Shown: piece by piece, positions 30,001 to 39,742 of the stretch
Layout of the letters: each line of letters starts with the position of its first letter
Numbering within the stretch: the stretch's first letter is position 1
Assembly (NCBI GenBank): GCA_964016885.1
Contig: OZ024744.1
Coordinates: forward strand, 123,628,001-123,692,000
DNA: 64,000 bases
From: Eledone cirrhosa
Lineage: Eukaryota
Direction: 5' to 3'
The notes under the pieces: model-generated
The model's database searches: none
What the model was told of the DNA's origin: nothing
What the model saw: the letters and a program-made list of their open reading frames with translations, nothing else
Made by a program: the position numbers and the translations under genes

Positions 30001-33000
30001 ATACCAACACAGTCTCCACTCCTACATCTGATTCCTCTTATACCTAGTTTCTCTCCCAGTTCATCCATACACATCCCATGTCTATACCAACACTGTCTCC
30101 TCTCCTACATCTGATTCCTCTTATACCTAGTTTCTCTCTCAGTTCATCCATACACATCACATGCCTATACCAACACAATCTCCTCTCCTACCCACTACAT
30201 CTGATTCCTCTTATACCTAGTTTCTCTCTCATTTCATCCATACACATCTCATGTCTATACAAACAGTCACCTCTCCTACACACTACATCTGATTCTTCTT
30301 ATACCTAGTTTCTCTCTCAGTTCATCCATACACATCACATGTCTATACCAACACAGTCTCCTCTCCTACATCTGATTCCTCTTAAACCTAGTTTCTCTCT
30401 CACTGCATCCATACACATCACATGTCTATTCCAACACAGTCTCCTTACTACATCTGATTCCTCTTATACCTAGTTTCTCTCTCAGTTCATCATTACACAT
30501 CACATGTCTATACCAACACAGTCTCCTCTCCTACACACTACGTCTGATTCCTCTCATACCTAGTTTAGTTTCTCTCTCAGTTCATCCATACACATCACCT
30601 GTCTATACCAACACAGTCTCCTTTCCTACACACTACATCTGATTCCTCTTATACCTTGTTTATCCCTGTTCATCACATGTCTATAGCAACACAGTCTCCT
30701 CTCCTACACACTACATCTGATTCCTCTTATACCTTGTTTATCTCTCAGTTCAGCACATGTCTATACTAACACAGTCTCCTCTCCTACACACTACATCTGA
30801 TTCCTCTTAAACCTTGTTTCTCTCTCAATTCATCATTACACATCACATGTCTATACCAACACAGTCTCCTCTCCTACACACTACCTCTGATTCTTCTTAT
30901 ACCTAGTTTCTCTATCAGTCCATCCATACACATCACATGTCTATACCAACACAGTCTCCTCTCCTATATCTGATTCCTCTTATACCTAGTTTCTCTCCCA
31001 GTTCATCCATACACATCACATGTCTATACCAACACAGTCTCCTCTCCTACACACTACATCTGATTCCTCTTATACCTTGTTTATCTCTCAGTTCATCCAT
31101 ACACATCACATGTCTTTACCCACACAGTCTCTTCTCCTACACACTACACCTGATTCCTGTTATACCTACTTCCTCTCTCACTTCTTCCATACACATGACA
31201 TGTCTATACCAACACAGTCTCCTCTCCTACACACTATGTCTGATTCCTCTTATACCTAGTTTCTCTCTCAGTTCATCCATACACATCACATGTCTATACC
31301 CACGCAGTCTCCTCTCCTACATCTGATTCCTCTTATACTTAGTTTTTCTCTCAGTTCATCACATGTCTATACCAACACAGTCTCCTCTCCTACATCTGAT
31401 TCCTCTTAAACCTTGTTTCTCTCTCAGTTCATCCATACACATCACATGTCTATACCAACACAGTCTCCTCTCCTACATCTGATTCCTCTTAAACCTTGTT
31501 TCTCTCTCAGTTCATCCATACACATCACATGTCTATACCAACACAGTCTCCTCTCCTACACACTACATCTGATTCCTCTTATACCTAGCTTCTCTCTCAA
31601 TTCATCCATACACATCACATGTCTATACCAACACAGTCTCCTCTCCTACACACTATATCTGATTCCTCTTATACCTAGTTTCTCTCCCAGTTCATCCATA
31701 CACATCACATGCCTATACCAACACAGTCTCCTCTCCTGCACACTACATCTGATTCCTCTTATACCTAGTTTCTCTCTCAGTTCATCCATATACATCACAT
31801 GTCTAAACAAACAGTCTCATCTCCTACACACTACATCTGATTCTTCATATACCTAGCTTCTCTCTCTGTTCATCACATGTCTATACTAACACGGTCACCT
31901 CTTATACCTAGTTTCTCTCTCAGTTCATCACATATCCATATCAACACAGTCTCCTCTCCTACATCTGATTCCTCTTATACCTAGTTTCTGTCTCAGTTCA
32001 TCCATACACATCACATGTCTATACCAACACAGTCTCCTCTCCTACACACTACATCTGATTCCTGTCATACATAGTTTCTTTCTTAGTTCATCCATACACA
32101 TCACATGTTTATATCAACACAATCTCCTCTCCTACATCTGATTCCTCTTATACCTAGTTTCTCTCTCAGTTCATCACCTGTCTATACTAACACAGTCACC
32201 TCTCCTACACACTACGTCTGATTCCTCTTATACCTAGTTTCTCTCTCAGTTCATCCATACACATCACATGTCTATACCAACACAGTCTCCTCTCATACAC
32301 ACTACATCTGATTCCTGTTATACATAGTTTCTTTCTTAGTTCATCCATACACATCCCATGTCTATACCAACACAGTCTCCTCTCCTACATCTGATTCCTG
32401 TTAAACCTAGTTTCTCTCTCAGTTCATCTATACACGTCCCATGTCTATACCCACACAATCACCTCTCCTACATCTGATTCATCTTATAACTAGTTTCTCT
32501 CTCAGTTCATCCATACACATCACATGTCTATACCAACACAGTCTCCTCTCCTACACACTACATCTGATTCCTCTCATACCTCGTTTCTTTCTTAGTTCAT
32601 CCATACACATCCCCTGTCTATACTAACACAGTCTCCTCACCTACATCTGATTCCTCTTATACCTAGTTTCTCTCTCAGTTCATCCATACACATCCCATGT
32701 CTATACTAATAGTCTCCTCTCCTACATCTGATTCCTCTTATACCTAGTTTCTCTCTCAGTTCATCCATACACATCCCATGTTTATACTAACACAGTCTCC
32801 TCTCCTACATCTGATTCCTCTTATACCTAGTTTCTCTCTCAGTTCATCCATACACATCACATGTCTATACCAACACAGTCTCCTCTCCTACATCTGATTC
32901 CTCTTAAACCTAGTTTCTCTCTCACTGCATCCATACACATCACATGTCTATTCCAACACAGTCTCCTTACTACATCTGATTCCTCTTATACCTAGTTTCT

Positions 33001-34790
33001 CTCTCAGTTCATCCATACACATCACATGTCTATACCAAGACAGTCTCCTCTCCTACACACTACATCTGATTCCTCTTATACCTAGTTTCTCTCTCAGTTC
33101 ATCATTACACATCACATGTCTATACCAACACAGTCTCCTCTCCTACACACTACGTCTGATTCCGCTCATACCTAGTTTAGTTTCTCTCTCAGTTCATCCA
33201 TACACATCACCTGTCTATACCAACACAGTCTCCTTTCCTACACACTACATCTGATTCCTCTTATACCTTGTTTATCCCTGTTCATCACATGTCTATAGCA
33301 ACACAGTCTCCTCTCCTACACACTACATCTGATTCCTCTTATACCTTGTTTATCTCTCAGTTCAGCACATGTCTATACTAACACAGTCTCCTCTCCTACA
33401 CACTACATCTGATTCCTCTTAAACCTTGTTTCTCTCTCAATTCATCATTACACATCACATGTCTATACCAACACAGTCTCCTCTCCTACACACTACCTCT
33501 GATTCTTCTTATACCTAGTTTCTCTATCAGTCCATCCATACACATCACATGTCTATACCAACACAGTCTCCTCTCCTATATCTGATTCCTCTTATACCTA
33601 GTTTCTCTCCCAGTTCATCCATACACATCACATGTCTATACCAACACAGTCTCCTCTCCTACACACTACATCTGATTCCTCTTATACCTTGTTTATCTCT
33701 CAGTTCATCCATACACATCACATGTCTTTACCCACACAGTCTCTTCTCCTACACACTACACCTGATTCCTGTTATACCTACTTCCTCTCTCACTTCTTCC
33801 ATACACATGACATGTCTATACCAACACAGTCTCCTCTCCTACACACTATGTCTGATTCCTCTCATACCTAGTTTCTCTCTCAGTTCATCCATACACATCA
33901 CATGTCTATACCCACGCAGTCTCCTCTCCTACATCTGATTCCTCTTATACTTAGTTTTTCTCTCAGTTCATCACATGTCTATACCAACACAGTCTCCTCT
34001 CCTACATCTGATTCCTCTTAAACCTTGTTTCTCTCTCAGTTCATCCATACACATCACATGTCTATACCAACACAGTCTCCTCTCCTACATCTGATTCCTC
34101 TTAAACCTTGTTTCTCTCTCAGTTCATCCATACACATCACATGTCTATACCAACACAGTCTCCTCTCCTACACACTATATCTGATTCCTCTTATACCTAG
34201 TTTCTCTCCCAGTTCATCATTACACATCACATGTCTATACCAACACAGTATCCTCTCCTACACACTACATCTGATTCCTCTTATACCTAGTTTCTTTCCC
34301 AGTTCATCCATACACATCCCATGTCTATAACAACACAGTCTCCTCTCCTACACACTACGTCTGATTCCTCTTATACCTAGTTTTTCTCTCAGTTCATCCA
34401 TACACATCACATGTCTACACCAACACAGTCTCCTCTCCTACACACTACATCTGATTCCTCTTATACCTAGTTTCTCTCTCAGTTCATCCATACACATCAC
34501 ATGTCTATACCAACACATTCTCCTCTCCTACACACTACATCTGATTCCTCTTATACCTAGTTTCTCTCTCAGTTCATCCATACACATCACATGTCTATAC
34601 CAACACAGTCTCCTCTCCTACACACTACGTCTGTTTCCTCTTATACCCAGTTTCTCTCTCAGTTCATCCATACACATCACATGTCTATACCAACACAGTC
34701 TCCTCTCCTACACACTACGTCTGATTCCTCTTATACCTAGTTTCTCTCTCAGTTCATCCATACACATCACATGTCTATACCAGAGCAGTC
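1..34790. repeat. Satellite array of ~400 monomers (90-bp consensus with 88/83/81/80-bp variants), derived from an RTE LINE ORF fragment in antisense; runs off the left edge
   Basis: Monomer tctcctctcctacacactacatctgattcctcttatacctagtttctctctcagttcatccatacacatcacatgtctataccaacacag repeats continuously. The minus strand reads DELREKLGIRGIRCSV*ERRLCWYRHVMCM, matching NELSEKLGIRRIRCCLLERRLRWYGHVMRM in the RTE copy at 35881-35970. Confidence 0.97.
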
Positions 34791-34919
34791 TTCTCTGTTG
34801 CACACCACCTCCAATTTGTCTTATGTCACCCCAAAAAGTTGATGGTAAAATTGTGGGAGGGGTGTGTGGCTTTTATTCACCATCTAAAGATGTGTTGATT
34901 TGCTGTCTCGGGTTAGAAA

Positions 34920-35083
34920 TCATCACCACCACCACCACCTCTACCACTACCACTACCACCAACACCACCACCACCATATCTACCACCAACATCCCCACCA
35001 GCACCACCACCACCTCTACCACCACCATCACCACCAGCACCACCATCACCTCTACCACCACCACCATTACCACCACCATCACC
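34920..35083. repeat. Imperfect (ACC)n trinucleotide microsatellite
   Basis: Direct reading; explains the poly-T/H/V ORFs. Confidence 0.95.
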
Positions 35084-35137
35084 TGCTCAGTTTAAGAAGT
35101 TGACATGTTTCACCAATTCCTCCTCTTTTATTTTCAG

Positions 35138-35232
35138 CTCTGCTTAGCTGAAGATTCCTTTCCTCGGGTCCGAGCTGATACTCTGCGAACTATTGTCAAA
35201 TGTTTGACCAATCTCAAATCTGTTCCAAAAAG
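35138..35232 (+). CDS. PIK3R4: Internal exon of phosphoinositide 3-kinase regulatory subunit 4 (Vps15), HEAT-repeat region
   Basis: Polypyrimidine tract and ttttcAG acceptor, GTTAGT donor at 35233. Encodes LCLAEDSFPRVRADTLRTIVKCLTNLKSVPK(S), resembling the human PIK3R4 segment [31 protein letters not shown] (recalled from memory, not searched). Confidence 0.88.
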
Positions 35233-35258
35233 GTTAGTAAATCAATTTAATCATCATC

Positions 35259-36519
35259 TTCCAAACATGGAAGCATGGCCTAGAATCAAAAGGCCTTAAA
35301 ATTAACTTGTCTAAGACTAAAGTTCTAGTATATAGGAAGGAAAATAGGGCACTGGTCCCCTCTGGAAAATGGCCATGCTCAGTGTGAAGGAAAGGAGTAG
35401 GCAGAAACTCCATTTTATGTCCCAAATGCAAAGTATGGGTGCATAAAAGATGTAGTAGGATCACAGGTAAGCTAACTAAGAACAGATTTTATATGTGGCC
35501 AGTGCTCAGCTGCAATAAGTAGTAGCAAGTGCCCACAGGATACTAGCTCCTTCTATTGCCCAGATGGTTCTATAGAAATAGTGGACACCTTCCGTTACCT
35601 GGGTGACAAAATCAGCAGTGGTGGAGGGTGCTCTGAAAGTACAGTAGCCAGAGTCAGAACGGGATGGAAAAAGTTCAGAGAGCTTATACCACTATTGGCC
35701 GCTAAAGGTTTCTCCCTAAAAATGAAAGGCAGATTGTATAATGCCTGCATACGAACAGCAATGTTACATGGCAGTGAGACATGGGCATTGTGTGCAGAGG
35801 ATCTACGCAGACTGGAGAGGAACGAAGCTTGCATGCTCCGTTGGATGTGTAATAGTAATATACGTGAACAGCAAAGCATAAATGAACTAAGTGAGAAATT
35901 AGGAATAAGAAGGATCAGATGCTGTTTACTCGAGAGAAGACTACGTTGGTATGGTCACGTAATGCGCATGAAAGACGAAAGATGTATAAAAAAGTGTAGG
36001 GCGATCAAAATAGACGGTAGCCACGGAGTAGGCAGACCCAGAAAAACCTGGGACGATTTGATAAATTCCGACCTTACACACTTACACCTCTCCAAGACAA
36101 TATCACTGGACCGGGAGTTTTGGCGCTACGCAGTAATACAGAAGACCCGCCTTGCCTAAGTACAAAGTGAAACCTACAGTCAGTAGGCACCTCTTAACCA
36201 AAATACACCCCCGTCCCACTAACCCTACCCCCACCGCCATCTACACCACCCCTTTCGATGTTAAGTTATGTTGGTACCACAACATCCAGTCCTAAATAAA
36301 TTAGGTCGGGTAGGTGTCACGACAAAAAAAACACAGTCCACCCTGTAATGTGGCCGTGTAAGTAACACAGTAAAAACCTCCCAGTCCACACTGTAAATGT
36401 GGTTGGTGTTAGGAAGGGCATCCAGCCGTAGAAAACCTGCCAATTGTCTCACGTGAGACAATTCCCGTCTAAACCCATGCTAGCATGGAAGATAGACGTT
36501 AAATGATGATGATGATGAT
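35259..36519 (+). mobile_element. 5'-truncated RTE-clade LINE (C-terminal ORF with stop and frameshift, 3' UTR, (GAT)n tail)
   Basis: Collinear with 54521-55818. ORF 35581-36159 contains FRYLG, HGSETW, RRLRWYGHV and GRPRKTW. In-frame TGA near 35385 and a 2-bp deletion near 35486 relative to the other copy. Ends gacgttaaa(tga)n. Confidence 0.95.
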
Positions 36520-36520
36520 A

Positions 36521-36576
36521 TATCATTATCATCATCATAATTTAACGTTCACTTTTCCCTGTTGCAAGGGTGGGAC
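36521..36576 (-). mobile_element. Short antisense RTE 3'-end remnant with (TGA)n tail
   Basis: Reverse complement gtcccacccttgcaacagggaaaagtgaacgttaaattatgatgatga resembles the RTE terminus gtctaaacccatgctagcatggaagatagacgttaaatgatgatg. Confidence 0.6.
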
Positions 36577-36659
36577 TGGTCCTATTCAGCACAGCATCTC
36601 TCCATTTGTCACGGTCCTTTGTCATTTCCTCTCCCACGCCACAATATTATTATCATAGA

Positions 36660-36859
36660 GGGCGGTGGATTGGCAGTATCGGTAGAGGGTCGGACGCCAT
36701 GCTTTGACGCACAGAGTTACGGCCCTTGCCATTCTGAGTTCAAATCCCGCCAATGTTAACTTTGCCTTTCATCCTTACGGGGTCGATAAAATAAAGTACC
36801 AGTAATACACTGAGGTAATTGTTGGCCTTGTGCCAAAAGTAGAAACAATTATTATTATT
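36660..36859 (+). mobile_element. tRNA-derived SINE (Octopus-type)
   Basis: A-box-like TGGCAGTATCGG, B-box GAGTTCAAATCC, core tttgcctttcatcc...ggggtcgataaaataaagtaccagt and (ATT)n tail. Confidence 0.85.
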
Positions 36860-37525
36860 CTTTGAGTCTCAGTCATTGATGTTATCTAACTGCAGCCTCA
36901 GATATTCAGGACGTATCGGAGGGTTCTTGCTGTTCCCAGCAAGCATGCCGTTTGAAGTATTCCAAAAAACGGGGCTGGACTAATCTTCTTTAACCATCCT
37001 TGGAAACTCTTTGAGATAGTACCTAGTGCACCTATGACAATTGGGATGACCTTGACTTCATGGCAGTTCCAAATCCTTTTTAACTCCCACTTTAAATCCT
37101 GGTATCGGTTAATTTTCTCCTTCCCCTTTTCTTGCACTCTTGTGTCAAATGGATAGGCTACATCTACAATCAGGTACAATCTTTTTTCCTTGTCAAAAAC
37201 CACCAGGTCAGGCCTATTGTGTTCTAATTTCTTGTCCGTCTGTACTCTAAAATCCCATAGCACCTTCACCTGATCGCTTTCTATCACCGACTCTAGCTTA
37301 TGCTCATACCACTTCTCAGAATGTGGTAAATTGTTTAGTTTGCATAGATGCCAGGGAATCACATTTCCTGTCATATCATGTCTCCAGCCTTTATAGTGAG
37401 TCTGGGCTAGGTGTTTACACTTGGATACAATGTGAGCCACAGTCTCCTCTCTCTCTCCACAGATCCTACACAGTGAGCTAGCCTCCTCCTTGTAAATATG
37501 GAGGGTTTGCTCTTGCGCAGTAATC
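36860..37525 (-). mobile_element. 3' fragment of an RLE-type non-LTR retrotransposon (R4/Dong-like): CCHC finger plus restriction-like endonuclease
   Basis: ORF 36898-37569 has CRICGEREETVAHIVSKC, RHD, LWDF, NRPDLVV..D and K..RYQDL. A very short 3' UTR ends in (TAA)n. Confidence 0.88.
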
Positions 37526-37552
37526 GGTGGAGTGTCGGACAATATGCTTTGA

Positions 37553-37652
37553 CTTAGACATAAGGCCAATAATTTGACGGTGAGAGAAAGTCAATTAAAT
37601 GAACCCTAGTGTATTACTGGTACTTTATTTTATTGACAGTATAAGGATGAAA
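37553..37652 (-). mobile_element. Antisense SINE 3' fragment, same family as 36660-36859
   Basis: Reverse complement ttcatccttatactgtcaataaaataaagtaccagtaatacactaggg...ttggccttatgtc matches the SINE core and tail. Confidence 0.75.
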
Positions 37653-37704
37653 TTTCTTTTTTTCCTTTACCATTTCTCATCTTTGTTTTTTTTTGTTTTT
37701 TCAG

Positions 37705-37744
37705 TGATGTGAATGTATTTCCTGAATATATATTTCCATATTTG
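37705..37744 (+). CDS. PIK3R4: 40-nt internal exon of PIK3R4/Vps15
   Basis: Long T-rich tract with tcAG acceptor, GTAAGT donor at 37745. Phase matches the upstream exon (AG|T = Ser). Encodes (S)DVNVFPEYIFPYL versus recalled human NDINIYPEYILPGI. Confidence 0.88.
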
Positions 37745-37799
37745 GTAAGTATTCTCATATTTTTATAGATTCCTATCTGAACAAAAGTCAGTCGTCCTA

Positions 37800-38407
37800 C
37801 TACTTATTGAAGAGAAGGTCGTGGGATCAGAGTCCCCTAACACACCCTTCTAGAGGCTCCTGTCAAAAGCAAACGTCTCCAGTTGATCTGGCTGGATCCC
37901 CAAGCAAGACCAGCCAAGCAGATGGATCTTACCCAACCATCCGATACTATGACATGTGGTTAGAATGTCTCAGGAAAGAATCTCCGATTCATGCCCAGCT
38001 CATTTGCCATCAGTCGAACAGTCAGCCGACGATCGCTACGCACCATCTGCCTTACGCGCTCAACGTTGACCTTAGTCCTGGTTGTTGAGGGCCTTCTGCT
38101 CCTGGGGTCATCTTGCACCACTCAAAAACACGTGAGCGTGACATCGTCTCATCTCCATACACGTGCTGCTGCAATCCCAGTGCTTCTGACGGAGTTTTCA
38201 AGTTTGTTCGTTGCTCTGTGCTCATTGCTTGATGACAGAGGACATTATTATAAAATTATGAAGAAAAAAGTTTGATCGCTGCAGAGAGCTAAGATTACAG
38301 TTACATACTCCAGGGGGATTACTTTGAAGGAGAAAACTCTTAGTGTGAAGTTTGGGTTTGAAATAAATCTTTTTTGACATCAGTCCTGGAACTTTTCTGA
38401 CACACCT

Positions 38408-38411
<4 letters not shown>
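37800..38411 (-). mobile_element. Degenerate mariner transposon: 5' TIR plus transposase HTH remnant
   Basis: Minus strand begins TACAAGGTGTGTCAGAAAAGTTCCAGGACTG at a TA. The minus frame near 38100-37980 reads RPSTTRTKVNVERVRQMVRSDRRLTVRLMANELGM. The left boundary is approximate. Confidence 0.8.
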
Positions 38412-38447
<36 letters not shown>

Positions 38448-38586
38448 AAGGTTAAACAAGGTTCAATGAATAAATCAAAGAATAAAGTTTTGCAATAGAT
38501 TAGAAGCACTCCACAGTAATGGTTTTCCGGAGTTATTAATATTAATTCAAAATATTGACAAAAATAGACATTTGTGTGATCAAGTA

Positions 38587-38653
38587 TATTTTATTATACA
38601 TATTTCAGAGGTACTGAGCTATCTTCAACAGTACGTCCTCATCAGATAAAATA
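38587..38653 (-). ncRNA. Minimal type I hammerhead ribozyme, slightly decayed
   Basis: Minus strand: TATTTTAT-CTGATGA-GGACGTACTG(12-nt loop)CAGTACCTCT-GAAA-TATGTA-TA-ATAAAATA. 8-bp stem I, 9 of 10 pairs in stem II, near-palindromic stem III, AUA cleavage triplet. Confidence 0.8.
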
Positions 38654-39742
38654 AGATGATGCATGACATACCCTGACTAAGTAAGATGGTTAAAATTCAG
38701 TCATGGCAAATAAGATATGACAAAATAAGATATGACAAAACTCAATATTTATATACCTTAAGATTGAGACATGAAAAAATTACATATAATACAGAGGGTG
38801 CGTGTGAGAAAGCTTATAAAAATACATAATAATAACCAGCTACTAATATAATAGAAATTTACATAACTGTTAGAGATTCAAATAATTTAAATTATTGAAG
38901 AAAGAAGAAAGAAGAAAGACAGAGAGAGAAGCAAATGAGGAAAAAGATAGTTACTAGAAGTATAGAAATATCTTATGCATTAAAGCAAAAGAAAATTGAT
39001 TAAAGATAGAGAGACAAGGAAGAAGAATTTTTATAGTATAAAGCATAGGGAGGGAGATTTGTATTGTCGTGGATAAATAGTGTATAATTAGATGATGCAA
39101 AAATATATATATGAATAAATAAATAAATAAATATATATTTGGGCATAGCTTTGTGAATGAATAATTTCGAATCGTTGAATTATTTAGAAATAATCAATCA
39201 ATCAAAATATCAAATATATCTGGGTGTAGTTATATGAGGGTTTAATTTTGAGTCCTTAAGTTAATTAGAAATAGACTATTAATCAATTATATATATCCAG
39301 ATGTATCCGGATGACCGTTAAATTTCGAATCATTTATGTTAGCTCAAAATAGTGAATTAATCTAAAGGTATAATATTTCAGGCTATAAAATTTATAAGTA
39401 TTTATATTATAGTATAATATCATATTTAAAGTATTTGCAAACATGAGAAAGAAGAGACTTAATATTTTCTTCATCCTGAAGGTAATCCATATTAAATTAT
39501 ATTAAAAAAAATTTTATATTGAAGAGATTTTATATTAAAAAATAATCATTATATAATTTAGAAAGCAATTACAATTATAACTTTAAAAATTTAAAATTAA
39601 CAATTAGAATGCCCTAAAGTATCCAAAGGCCTTATAATACTTAAAAATGATATTATTAAACTAGATATACGCATTTGTCTAAATTTATACAAAGAGTATA
39701 TTGTTTAAAGTTTAAGACGATATTAGTCAGTTATATATAATA

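Noticed and set aside
2375-34330. Dozens of MSIPTQSPLLHLIPLIPSFSLSSSIHITCLYQH-type ORFs
   Set aside because: Chance translations of the satellite's non-coding strand; monomer indels of 2, 7 and 10 bp are not frame-preserving.
1-34790. CRISPR-like regular array
   Set aside because: No unique spacers, no cas genes, eukaryotic context.
34823-35103. Thr-, His- and Val-rich ORFs resembling mucin or His-rich proteins
   Set aside because: Products of the (ACC)n microsatellite.
36660-36750. tRNA gene
   Set aside because: A and B boxes are present but I could not fold a cloverleaf, and the sequence continues into the SINE core and tail.
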